From: Eledone cirrhosa
Taxonomy: Eukaryota
Assembly (NCBI GenBank): GCA_964016885.1
Contig: OZ024740.1
Location: 381,982,001 to 382,046,000 of the forward strand
Direction of reading: 5' to 3'
DNA length: 64,000 nucleotides
The notes under the pieces were generated by a model. That model saw only the letters and a program-made list of their open reading frames with translations, was not told the origin of the DNA and did no database searches. The position numbers and the translations under genes are program-made. Below are positions 12,622-24,770 of the stretch, piece by piece; position 1 is the stretch's first letter, and each line of letters begins with the position of its first letter.

Positions 12622-13884
12622 ATAGTTGATCACAATGAAGTTCTATTTTTGTTAATATTTTGAATGAATATTAATAACTCCGGAAAACCATAAATGCTGA
12701 GTGCTTCCAACCTATTGTAAAACTAATTCTTTGATTTATTCATCGAACCTTCTTTAACCTTTAAATATATATATATGTTCTGAGCATGAATTCAAGTGTG
12801 TTATTGTGTATAGTATAGCAACATTTATTCAAGCGCACTTCACCCAATATACTCCTGGGGAAGAGAAACATCTTTAATCTGTATCAGTCATCATCTTTCA
12901 AAATTTCACTTTCTGGTTAGCATCCTAGTCATGATCACATACTCTTTCTTTTCGTAGATATTATATCCTGTAATACTCAGACCAGTATATTCTACTACTT
13001 TTATGAAGCTGAGCGGATATTTTGCTGTTATTTCTAACAGACTAAAGAAACTGTATTACTGAGTGATTCACATATCTATAAGGAATTCATGTATGGCATT
13101 GTAGATAGAAATGGCGTAATATAACGTAGATACATTATTTCTTTAAACAGAGACAGAGGGGTAATTTAGAGATATATATATAAAGTGTGCTAATTGCTTG
13201 ATTACGAATAAAATGAATAATTATTTATTGAGAATTAATTGATGTGGAAAATAGGATGGCTACGTAAATCAACGATTCATTAGTAAATTTGTAAAGTGTA
13301 GACACACTGGTTAATTCCTGTGCGGTTAATTAAAACCGCTTGTTACAAGTTTCTGCCTTCTATGAGGAAGATTTCCGTGATTCACTTCATCATACTTATG
13401 AAATTTCCAGGTTTTATTGGAGAAAACGTAATTTTCGTCCCACGGGAAAATCACAATTTTCTTTTTTATTGAATGGATGTAGATTTTAAGATATGAATGT
13501 ATCACATGTCTCATTTCAATAAAATGAAGGAGTTATTCTTCAAAATGTTTCAAATTCTTTGCAATCGCATTGAAAAAATATATCTGAAAATGGTATATGA
13601 GACAACAGTTTGGCCAAGGATCAAGCTCCCTCCATTGTTTGTTATCATCAATTAATGTTCCACATGAAGCAGGAAGTACTACCTAACAATGCTCGTCATA
13701 CAATTCTATATTTAACACAATGTTTATATTTCTGTATGAATACTTTATTCCATTATCTCAATATTTCTATAACAATGGATGAAATTATGATGTTATTATT
13801 ATTTGAAGGTTCCTTTGAATTCTGCTTCTTTCCATGTGTCAACCTGACACCTGAGTCGAATTATTATTATTATTATTGTTCTTT

Positions 13885-14051
13885 AGGGCGGTGGAGGGTC
13901 GGACGCCATCCTTTCCAGCATAGTTACGTCCCTTTACGATCTGAGTTCAAATCCCGCCGAGGTTAACTTTGCCTTTCATCCTTACGGGGTCGATAAAATA
14001 AAGTACCAGTAATGCACTGGGTAATTGCTGGCCTTGTGCCTAAAATAGAAA
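13885..14051 (+). mobile_element. tRNA-derived SINE copy
   Basis: Contains the B box GAGTTCAAATCCC and the central domain, with a small deletion in the head. Flanked by (TAT)n. Confidence 0.88.
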
Positions 14052-14066
14052 TTATTATTATTATTG

Positions 14067-15559
14067 TTCTTTGAGTCTCAGTCATTGATGTTAGTTAACT
14101 GGAAAGTTTGTTGAGATGAATATCAAGCCACTACCTGCGGCCTCAGATATTCAGGACGTATCGGAGGGTTCTTGCTGTTCCCAGCAAGCATGCCTTTTGA
14201 AGCGTTCCAAAAAGCGTGAAGGGGCCAATTTTCTTTAACCATCCCTGGAAACTTTTTGAGATAGTCCCTAGTGCGCCTATGACTATCGGGACCACTTTGA
14301 CTTCATGGCTGTTCCAAATCCTTTTTACCTCCCACTTTAAGTCCTGGTATCGGTTAATTTTCTCCCCCTCCTTCTCTTGCACTCTCGTGTCGAATGGGCA
14401 GGCCACATCCACAATCAGGCACGATCTTTTTTCCTTGTCCAAAACCACCAGGTCAGGTCTATTGTGTTCCAGTTTATTGTCCGCCTGTATCCTAAAATCC
14501 CACAGCACCTTCACATGATCGTTTTCTATCACCGACTCTGGCTTATGCTCATACCACTTCTCAGTATGTGGTAAATTGTTTACTTTGCATAGGTGCCAGT
14601 GGATCACCCTGCCCATCACATCATGTCTCCAGCCCTTATAGTGAGTCTGCGCTAGGTGTTTACATTCGGATACAACGTGAGCCACAGTCTCCTCTCTCTC
14701 TTCTCAGATCCTGCATAGTGGGCTAGCCTCCTCCTTGTAAACATGGTGTTTCAACCACTTCGTTTTGAGGGCCTGCTCTTGCGCAGCCATTAGCATTCCT
14801 TCTGTAGCCTTTTTAAGGTCTCCTCTTTTCAACCAGTTCCATGTCTGTGGATCTCTGAATTCAGTTTTCTCAAAGAAGTTACTATGAAGGGATTTTTTCA
14901 AGAAGACTGCTCTTTCTCCTCATTGTTATTTCCTCCTTGGACATACCCTGGTCTATTGTTCTCTCCTTCAGTACAATTCTGAGCATTGGCTCCTTACTAT
15001 CAGTCACGTATTTGTGTAGGTTGTTTTTCTCCATCTGAACACAGTCCTCTATGCTGATAAGTCCTCTTCCACCTTCAGATCTCCTTAAGTAGAGTCTATC
15101 GACATCACTCCACTTATGGAACATGTTGTAGATAGTCAATAGCTTCCTAGACTTCCTATCCATTTCTTTTTGTTCTGCAACATTCCATCTCAGAATTCCC
15201 GCACTGTACCTAATAATAGAAACAGCTCGGGAATTTACTGCACTTATGGTATTCCTACTGTTCAGATGTGACTTTAATACGCTCCTTACTCTCCGAATGT
15301 ATTCAGATCTTATCAATTCCTTCATTTTTTTGTTCTTGATGTCATCAGCCTCCAGAACACCCAAATTCTTGTATCCTTCTTCAGTGTCAATTTCCTTTAT
15401 CATCTCACCTTTTGGTACCTGGATTCCGTTGCTTCTGCTCAATTTACCCCGCTTCATCACAAGGACTCCACACTTACTAATACCAAATTGCATACATATA
15501 TCATTGCTGAATATACGGACAGTGTCAACAAGCACATCCAACTCCTTTTCACTCTTCCC

Positions 15560-15560
<1 letters not shown>
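14067..15560 (-). mobile_element. 5'-truncated Dong/R4-clade non-LTR retrotransposon (RT C-terminus, CCHC, restriction-like endonuclease)
   Basis: The frameshifted ORFs 14882-15541, 14704-14901 and 14143-14685 give AAQEQALKT, CRI...ETVAHVVSEC, RHD, LWDFRIQADNKLEHNRPDLVV...DVACPFD...EKINRYQDL and VVPIVIGALG. (TAA)n lies at both ends, the known Dong target. Confidence 0.9.
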
Positions 15561-15621
<61 letters not shown>

Positions 15622-15858
15622 GTTATTATGGCCGCACATGTGTGAAGACAGTACAAATCTGCGGGGGAAAATGCTCGTAACTTTAAGCTGTTTTAAAGTG
15701 TCATTTTTTTGTATTTTCTTGTCGTTAACGAAACTTAAGGTACACATCTTCATTTAAAGAGAGGGATACCTCTCAATATTCGGGCGTTAAGACCGAATAT
15801 TCAGATTTATTTTTTAAAAACTTCGAAAAACAAATCGCTTCCCCACCAAAAGAAAATT

Positions 15859-17277
15859 ATGGAAATTTTCGACCTTGAAATGGTAAACAACGTTCAGGTC
15901 AAAAATTTAAAGGCAGCCACTGCAGATTTCACCACGACTACGACGGCTACAGTCATGCCTGTCATCCACTCTACTGAATGTGAAGGCAAAACTCAAAAGC
16001 TACCATCACAACCTTCTGCCATAGCAGCAGTATCATCTGAAAACGACATCACCACGACCACCACCACCACCACCACCACAACAACAACAACTCAGAGCAA
16101 TAACGACAATAACACCGACAGCTTCAATGTAAACAAGGATGGCGGTGGCATCAGCAAGAATGACAACAACAACAATAAGAGCATCAGAAATACCACATTT
16201 GCTGCAGCAGCAGCAAAAACAAAGCGCTTATTGAATATTGATATTGATATGAGCGATAAAGACGAACAGTTGGCCAAAGCGTGGAGGCTAATTAAACGGG
16301 AGAAGTCCTGGGCAAACCTGACCATCCCGGACGAGGCAATAGCGGCCATGCAAAGGAGGACGGTGCTCTTTCGATGTATTTCGGTGCAGACACGAAAAGT
16401 GGAACTTGCGAGCCAAGCAGAGGTAGAGGCTGCTTTGGGGTACATCGGAAGTAACATAGAGTCCAAAGCAAGGGGCAAACAGTTCGGTACCATCTTGGTA
16501 CTGTTCAAAACCGAGGCCCTCGCTATTAAGCACTCGGTGACCCCCTGCAGAACGGAACGCATTATCATGCATCCGTCCTATATGGGTAAAAGGACAGTGA
16601 AGGTACGCATTCCCAGCATCCCACCAGGAATGAACATATGGTGGCTGCTGGGATGCGTAATCGAGGAGGGGACAGACACTGCCCTCATAGACATCAAAAG
16701 GACAAAGAGAGAGGACTGGTCCGGAATGGATTTGGAGATTCTTCTCCAAATGAAACCGGAGGATATGAATAACATCCCGGATTTTGCCCGTCTGCAGGAT
16801 GGGACAACAATCCAACTAATGATTGACGGAAGAAGTCCACGCTGCTTCGTCTGCGGGGAAGCAACACATCTTCAAGCCTTCTGCCCTCAGCGCAAAAATG
16901 CAGGGGGTCGCAAACCTCCTTTGTTGCCAACACCAGTGTCAGCACAGAAAGCTGCACCACCACCACCACCACCAAAAACAACATCAACAAAAACACGGAC
17001 ACCAACATCAAAAGCAGCCGGATCACCACCAACACCAAAACCAATCCCAGGAAAAAACGAGGAAAGCTCTCCCACTCCCCCTACCCCTCCAATTATACAC
17101 ATAGACAAAACAATAAACGCACACCCGGACACAGAGACACTCATAGACACAGACCCTTTGTCTTCCAGCAGCGAAGATGAAGGAAAACCCAAAAGTGCAC
17201 AAAAACTGAGAAAACTCACAAAAAAAAGCCCCAACAAAACACAAAAACACGCACAAAAAAAATACAGACACCACTAA
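15859..17277 (+). CDS. LINE ORF1 (gag-like, CX2CX4HX4C zinc knuckle); probably continues after a frameshift to about 17713
   Basis: A 472-aa open frame containing GRSPRCFVCGEATHLQAFC, followed by a Pro/Thr/Lys-rich low-complexity tail. Confidence 0.75.
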   Translation: MEIFDLEMVNNVQVKNLKAATADFTTTTTATVMPVIHSTECEGKTQKLPSQPSAIAAVSSENDITTTTTTTTTTTTTTQSNNDNNTDSFNVNKDGGGISKNDNNNNKSIRNTTFAAAAAKTKRLLNIDIDMSDKDEQLAKAWRLIKREKSWANLTIPDEAIAAMQRRTVLFRCISVQTRKVELASQAEVEAALGYIGSNIESKARGKQFGTILVLFKTEALAIKHSVTPCRTERIIMHPSYMGKRTVKVRIPSIPPGMNIWWLLGCVIEEGTDTALIDIKRTKREDWSGMDLEILLQMKPEDMNNIPDFARLQDGTTIQLMIDGRSPRCFVCGEATHLQAFCPQRKNAGGRKPPLLPTPVSAQKAAPPPPPPKTTSTKTRTPTSKAAGSPPTPKPIPGKNEESSPTPPTPPIIHIDKTINAHPDTETLIDTDPLSSSSEDEGKPKSAQKLRKLTKKSPNKTQKHAQKKYRHH

Positions 17278-17821
17278 CGCAAACACTTCCCCAATAACAT
17301 CATCACCAACAGCAACATCGACACCACCTCCACAATCCCCGAAACGCAAACAACCTCAACAAACACAAGTACAAATAAACACACAAATACCTGAAATTGC
17401 AGACACCACAACTACAACAAACACAGACATACCCGAAACAACACCACCTTCACCAAAACGAATACAAATAAAACCACACCAACAAAATGTTAAAAACTTC
17501 GTGCTTGTCAGAAGGGCCAACGATAAACTGATGGCCCTCTTAGCGCGAAGCGAGGACATTCAAACAGAGGGGGAGATTTTTGAAATGAGCACATTTTGCG
17601 TGCCCGAAGATTTGCTTCTGGTCCGAGTGTCACTCAATTCCTTCAAAGAAATTCGGGAGAGCTTTCCTCAAGACGTGGGAACCACGAATGTGAAACCCTC
17701 ATCAAGACTTTAAAAGGGGTTCCCAAAAGAAACCCCACCAACCATGGAGGTCGAACCACCCGACCTTCACAAGCCCCGCGAGGTAAGTATACCTTCCCTC
17801 TCTCTCTCTTAGCTTACCAAT

Positions 17822-20800
17822 ATGGCCATATTAAGAGTAGGAAGTTGAAATGTTCGCGGCCTGGCGTCACCCTGGAAGCAGGGTCGCCTGCTCAACGACC
17901 TCTGGTCACTGGAAATGGATGTGATTGCTGTAAGCGAGACCAGAATTTCCGACACGCGCGCACTAGCCCCCATTTTCGACGACTATCAGATCTTCGCATC
18001 TGTTAGCAGGCCGGTAATGGGGGTGGGGTGGAAGTGCTGTTTAGGAAAGGAATGGATCTCGAGGTAAGGTCTATTTTCCGGGACCCGGACGGTAAGTTGG
18101 TGGTCTTGGATAATGAGCAGTAGCGAAGGTGGTGCCTTTAGACTGCTGGCCGTCTAGGCCCCTACAGGGGCCGGACGACCGGACGACCGGACTTCTTTAG
18201 GCGCCTGGAGACCTTTCTGGGTACGTCTCGCCCTTTACTGTTAGCGGGGGACTGGAATGGCATCTTAGACGCACGCTGGGATTGTGTGGGAGTAGCCGAT
18301 AGGAGCGAGGGGTGCAAAAGCCTCAAGCACCTACTCAGCCAGTTCCAACTGTCTGACAGGTATCGACTAGATTTCCCCAATGTGCCAGTATGGACATGGA
18401 CCAACCGAATGGGGTCATCTAGATCGTATATAGACAGGATCTTCATTAGGAAAATAGATAGAAATAGTGTGGGCTGTCCACTTTTTAAAACGGTCGCCTA
18501 TTCAGATCACAAATTTGTGATCTGTACGGTCGACCTAAATAAAACGCATAGGTTAGGACCGGGTTACTGGAAGCTGAACATGTCATTTCCGGCACGTAAG
18601 GCTTACAGGGACCGAGTCAACAATTTAGTTAAGCAAAAGTTGACAGGGGGGATCATCAATAACAGATGGTGGGGGGCTCTCAAAAGAGAGATTAGAGTAA
18701 CTTCGATAGAGTTCAGCAAAGAACTAGCGTTAGAGAAAAATAGAAAGGAGGGGAGCTGGTAGATAAGTTAAACGAGGCTATTTGTAGTGGCATCGCAACT
18801 GACGTACTAGCGGCGAGAATGGCATTAGACTATTTCTTCAATGCCAAACGCGAAGGTTGCATTGTCAAGCTAAGGCGCATGCGCTGAGAAACAAGGGAAC
18901 TAAAGCTGTTCGTTAGGCTCCCGTGGCGGAGGCGCAGCGTGGTAATAAAACCACAATTCGGTCTTTGGCGGACCGAGACGGACACGAGATAAGCGATTCC
19001 AAGCGGTTGTGTGAGGCCTTTCGCCAGCACTTTGCTCAGTTGTTCAGGGAGAGTGGCGAGTGAGAGAGAGTAGCGGATTTCAGTCCCTACCTTGACGGTT
19101 TGCCGCGCATCTCGACGGTCGACGCAGAGCGCTGCGAAAGGCCGATTACTTCAGCCGAAATTCAGGACGCCCTTGTCGGCTGCATGAGGCGCAAGTTACC
19201 CGCTTTGGATGGCTTGCCCTACGAGCTTTACGTAAATATGCCAGACTTGTTCTCCGAACTACTCGAAGCACTCTACTGCAACTGGCAGCAGAATGGGAGT
19301 ATTCCCAGTTCTGTGAGCAGGGGAGTGGTGACGCTGATAAGGAAAGACGGGAACAAGAGGGATACATTAGACAACTTCAGGCCCATAACTCTGCTCAACA
19401 CAGAGTTTAAGATTTTGGCCAAGGTTTAGCAAAGAGATTGGCGCTTGTCGTCGAGGATTTGGTTGGGGATGCGCAAACTTGCGCAATCCCAGCCAGGTCC
19501 ATACACGACAATCTCCACCTCATGCGATACATCATAGAGAGGGTAGGATTTAAAACCTGGCTTCGGTGGGGCATTTATCAATTTAGATCAATCGAAAGCA
19601 TTCGATAGGGTCGACCATCGGTATCTGGGTTTGTCCTCAAAGCAGCTGGCTTCGGCCCTGTCTTCAGAAGCTGGATCGCTGCAATGCACAGCGCCACACG
19701 CTCGGTGGTCAAGGTTAATGGCCACCTCTCGGAACCATTTCGGCTCTCCCGATCGGTCCGTCAAGTGTGCCCTCTCTCTACCCTTCTGTACGTATTGACT
19801 CTCGAGCCTTTACTGCGGAAGCTGGAGCTGTTGCAGGACATCCCGCTCGAACCGGGACGTGGAAAGGCGGTGTCGGCTTATGCCAACGACATCACCGTGA
19901 TGGTGTCGAACATCTCAGAAATCGAGGTGGTCGGTACCTTATTGAAGGAATATGAAAGGTTGACAGGAGCCAAACTTAACCCGGAAAAGTCGGTGGGCTT
20001 GCAGCTCGGAACCTGGAGAGGCAAGCCCATGCCGTCCAACAGCGTCGTGTGGTGCTGGACGGACGGACCGGTAAAGTTGCTCGGGGTTTGGTTCGGACCA
20101 GACCTTCAGGTGGAAAAGAATTGGGGCGAGGTATCGAGCAGAGTAGCCAGTCTCACCCAAATATGGGCTGAGAGGAAGCTATCACTGAAAGGTCGCGCGG
20201 ATGTGGCGAATGCTTACATCGCGTCCGTCATCTACTACCGCCTGACCGTCGTGACTTGCCCCCGTCCGCGCCTCGTCAAGTTGGAACGGCTACTCTTCAA
20301 ATTCTTGTGGAGAGGACAAGTTCCGTTGTTGATGCTGGCCATCTGCTGCCAGCACCCTATATGCGGAGGGCTGGGCATGCCGTGGCTAATGATGCGCAGA
20401 CATCTGTTGAGGCTGCGGCATCTCCAGATATTCTGCCTCAACGGTGAACAGGTGTGGTCGCCGTTTATCAGACGGGCCTTTCCGCAGCTCATTTCTTTGA
20501 CTGAGCTGCAGTCGAGCTGCAAGAAGAGACCGAGACTGGGTGACTGGCACCTGGAATGTTGCCAGACATTCACTGCCCTCTACCAAGCGAGCAATGCGAT
20601 CAGTGGAACTTCCACTCTCGAGTTCTATAGAGGATTAGTGGTGGGCAAGTGCGATGACGCACTCGGAGAAGCTTTGGGCCTCGACGAAGTCGAACTGACC
20701 AGTCTGTACCGGAGGACTTTTGAGCCGGAGACAATGGACAATTTCCAGAAATCCCTCGCTTGGCAGTGTAACCGGAGGGCACTGCCGGTTCGGGATAAAC

Positions 20801-21230
20801 TCTACAGGCACGGAAGTGCTGTCAGACGGACCTGCCCAAGATGCGTACAGAACGACGAAACCGTTCTGCACGCACTTGTCCCACATCCGTGCATTATTGA
20901 CTTGTGGAGTTATGTCGAACAGCTACTGTCCCGTGTGGAACGAATCCGGCTATCGGCCGAAGAACGATCCACCGCCTTCCTTAGGTCAGGAAGAGCAGGA
21001 AATTTTCCTCTCTCTGAGGCAGTAGCGAAAGAGGTTATATGGTGGACCAGGTTAAAAGGACTGAAGACAGACACTTTTCTCTGCTGCCAATCCCTCATCA
21101 ACTTCTTCACCTGGAAAGGAAGGTGAGGGTGGAGAGAGAAGTGCTGCCCCCCAGTACATTTGCTAAAAGGTGGGTGAATGTGGCGAGAATGGCTCGTGTG
21201 AATGGGCCTACTCTAACCATGCGCCTATAG
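17822..21230 (+). pseudogene. LINE ORF2 (APE endonuclease + reverse transcriptase + C-terminal CCHC), disrupted
   Basis: Motifs: MAILRVGS*NVRGL; LLAGDWN; WTWTN...SYIDRIF...YSDH; PGYWKLN; LDGLPYELY; NFRPITLLNTEFKILAK; LDQSKAFDRVDH; VRQVCPLS; SAYANDITV; CPRC...ETVLHAL. There are several stops and frameshifts. Confidence 0.9.
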
Positions 21231-21512
21231 GCTAGCTAACTTGAGGAGAGGGGTGCTCTCCCCGGGTGCCCTAGAAGCGCAGGGTGGTTCAGGATTGGTG
21301 GGGTACCCGAGTCACCCCAGGGTCGTCCACCCCCTATCGAGGAATTTATTTTGTTATATTTATGCAGAGTTTATTTTATATTTTTATATTTTCATTTTTA
21401 AATCAGTCTTGCCATTATGCACTTTTACTCGACCTTATTGTAAACCCCCACTGTCCCTGTCTTTGTATTGTCCCCTACATGTCGGCCCTTGTGGCTAATA
21501 AATGAAATCATA

Positions 21513-21558
<46 letters not shown>

Positions 21559-21590
21559 TCATTATTATTGTTATTATTATCATTATTACT

Positions 21591-21785
21591 GGGCTGGCAG
21601 TGCTACCGAGGAACCTTGCCAGTTCGGGATAAACTCTACAGGAAAGGAGGTGCCATCAGCCGGGCATGTCCGAAATGTGCGCAGGTCGACGAAACCGTCC
21701 TGCACGCACTCGTCCAGTGTCCGAGAATTGCTGACTTGTGGGTTTATGTCGAACACCTGCTGTCGCGTGTAGGACGGATCTTCCT
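21591..21785 (+). pseudogene. Second fragment of the same Tx1-type ORF2 C-terminus
   Basis: WQCYRGTLPVRDKLYRKGG...CPKC...ETVLHALVQC...LWVYVEHLLSRV is a paralogue of 20760-20945. It directly follows (TAT)n. Confidence 0.85.
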
Positions 21786-21964
21786 GAATTTGGTTGGCCT
21801 TATGCTTAAATCTATAAATATTACTGTGAATTCATATATGTTGCTAAGAAGATAGTTAGTTTAATAGCTATGAATGGTTTGTCAATTTAAAGTTGTATAA
21901 AAATACATCTAAAGATAGATTCAAAACGTTTCTAATATATTGTGTGTCTGTGTATATATATATA

Positions 21965-22750
21965 TCCTCTTCTTGCTCACATCTCACACAAGTCGGATGG
22001 TCTGTATCTCTCCTCGTGTATGATTTCAGCGAATTTAAGTTCAAAGTTATCACGGACTTGTTTCTCCTCTTCCTATCTTTCCGTTGCATTACCTTCTATG
22101 TTTGTTTACATGTCTCGCTCGCTTCACCCTATTTTACGTGTCCCAATAACTTTCTTTAGTTATTGCTCGCTCCAACCAGAGGTATATGATCTTTAAAGCG
22201 AAGAAATACCAATGAAGGCTGGAAGATCACTGATGAAGGACTAATTTGATTTATGTGTAACCTATGTGCAACCACGCAGCACGCCATTTTTCATATATTT
22301 ATATTTTCTCCTCCGCTGCGACCTGTCTGTTTCTTTCTTACTGCTTCCCCTTTCTCTGTATCTCTCACCTTTTTTTTACCCCCTCTGCCAGTCACACTCT
22401 CTCCGCTGGCTTCTTCCTCACACTTTCAGTCACTCACACTCTTCTTCTTCTCTCTCACTTCCTCCCGTTTGACCCGTGTGAAATCCTTTTCTCGCTCACT
22501 TCTCCACAAAGGTCGGATGGTCTGTATCTCTCCTCGTCTATGATTTCACCGAACTTAAGTTCACAGATATCACGGACTTGTTTCTCCTCTTCCTATATTT
22601 CCGTTGCATTACCTTCTATGTTTGTTTACATGTCTTGTTCGCTTCACCCTATTGTACGTGTCCAAATAACTTTCTTTAGTTATTGCTCGCACCAACCAGA
22701 GTATTCATATGTAACCCATGTGCAACCACGAAGCACGCCATTTTTCATAT
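21965..22750 (+). mobile_element. ~1.5 tandem units of the pyrimidine-rich CTGATGA family
   Basis: 21965-22181 is repeated at about 22486-22701, and 22255-22296 at about 22708-22750. It shares GAAGATCACTGATGAAGGAC with 11355-12047. Confidence 0.6.
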
Positions 22751-23203
22751 ATATATATATATATACACAGACACACAGACACACACACTCACACATATAT
22801 GTATATATAATGTATATATATATATGTATGCATGTGTTTGAGCGACAGAGAGACGGTACATGTTAATGTGTGTGTGTGTGTGTCTGTGCAGTTGGATGGG
22901 TGGTCTCCCCAGTGAATGACATATATCTTTGTCTTAGTTTAGAAATTCAAGGTTTGCAATGCAACACTCCTAGCATTTCCTTCAAATTTCTTTACAGTTT
23001 AAATAAAATATCAGTTGCTCTTTGCTAGAATATGAAAAGCACGAGAATATGGAGAAGAACGTCGGAGTGAATAGTTTGAAATCAGATCATACTTTTGAAT
23101 GCCAGAATAGAAGAAAAATGTATTTTCCCAGTATGTGTTAAAACAATGAATAAAAGCATATTTCTCTTGCGGGAAAACTCAACGATTCATATACGTCTGT
23201 GTG

Positions 23204-23306
<103 letters not shown>

Positions 23307-24440
23307 GTATACATTTATTTATATATATATGTGTGTGTGTATACATTAATGGTTTTAATGCTTTCAATACTTGCACAGTTGAACAGATATGAGAATATCT
23401 GAAAGTAACTAGTGACTTAATGTTTTGAAATAAAAGCAATTATACATTCGTATAATCTTAAATAAATATATTAAGTGATGCACTAATGGGTGAATGTACG
23501 CGGTGATATTTACATGATTGGTGGAGGTAACGCCATGGTGTAACGCGTTTCTGGAAATATTGGACGAATGGATCATATTCCAGTTTCTGTAATCTACTCA
23601 TAAACCATTTTTATCTAAGATTTTCTTGTTATTTGAAAGTAATTGTTATAATGAATATTTATGTGTCCTTAAGTGCCACGTATATACGTATGCACGACCA
23701 GTCATCAATCACCGTCCGATGGGGAGATCTCCCAGTTATTGCTCATTTCTACCCGTCTCCCCAATTTTGTGAAAACGGGTATAGCTTTATTATGTAAAAT
23801 CTCCCCATTTTGTCTTATTTCTCCCCATTTTGGGGCACATTTTTTCATGGTAATCCTCGTTTGGGTATTTAGAGTTTGGCGGTTGTGCGTATGGTTATGA
23901 ATTACTTCGCGAAACTTTCTCCGTGGTCAACGATCTATATAATCTCAGTTTTAAAGTGTAAATGCAAGTCTCTTAGTGGTTAGGGTTTTGGGAACATTCT
24001 TGCAACGTCGAGTGTTCATTTTCCAGTGGCGGGTGGCATTTTTCAAGAACGTACTATAGTTCATATAAATCCTGATCTCCGAGTTCACAAAACGTGTGTT
24101 CATGTAATTAAGGGTCCAGGCAAGTCATACCCTGCATCAACTCGTATTTCCCAGAGGACTGCATTATACACAAGTTCTTATGGATATTATCAGCTATATG
24201 TATTCCGACTTTGCCGAGACTTGCGCTTAGTTGCTAGATCCCGTAGTAATATCAAAGCTAATTTGTCTATCCTGTCGTCCGCAGTATTGCTTTTCGAATT
24301 ATATGAATTAAACATCTTGTTGGGTCAACCAATGCCACACGTTAAAATCCTCCACGGTACAGATTACACGTAACCTCTCCTTGGATAATCCTAAACGATA
24401 CCTCGTTTACTCTGATATATATATATATATGTATTGAAGT

Positions 24441-24770
24441 TTCCGTTATTACTCACATGTCGTATCCTTTCGACATCCAGAAAAAAGATTTACAACAGTT
24501 CTGGCTAGCAGAATATGGGATTTGAAAGACCAAGGTATCCAATATAAATTGGATTGGTCAATTTTGAACCAATCTAAAAAGGATGCAAGAGGAACAAGAA
24601 AATGCACGCTTTGCATAAATGAAAAATATTGGATTTTGCAAAACCTTAAATCACCAAAGACCTGCCTAAACACAAAGACAGAAATTTTCACCAGTTGCCC
24701 ACACATGAAATCACACCTGCTTTCCAGCTCATATAAACTTAACACACTTTCAGATACTTATCCTCCATAA
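24441..24770 (+). pseudogene. PLE C-terminal GIY-YIG endonuclease fragment
   Basis: The open frame FRYYSHVVSFRHPEKRFTTVLASRIWDLKDQGIQYKLDWSIL...CTLCINEKYWIL...LNTKTEIFTSCPH matches the PLE pattern RY..H..SF...T.LS..IW.LK...W.IL...C.LC..EK..I...LN...E...C.H. Confidence 0.85.

Larger units (their letters stand above)
12213..12764. mobile_element. Inverted pLTR-type insert with two opposed hammerheads and a tail
   Basis: The arms (about 12213-12372 and 12510-12671) are reverse complements with a ~140-nt spacer. The tail is 12672-12764. (TA)n flanks both sides. Confidence 0.8.
15630..21510 (+). mobile_element. Near full-length Tx1/L1-type LINE
   Basis: It has a 5' UTR, ORF1 with a zinc knuckle, a degenerate APE-RT-CCHC ORF2 and a 3' UTR ending AATAAATGAAATCA. 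(TAT)n flanks both sides. Confidence 0.88.
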
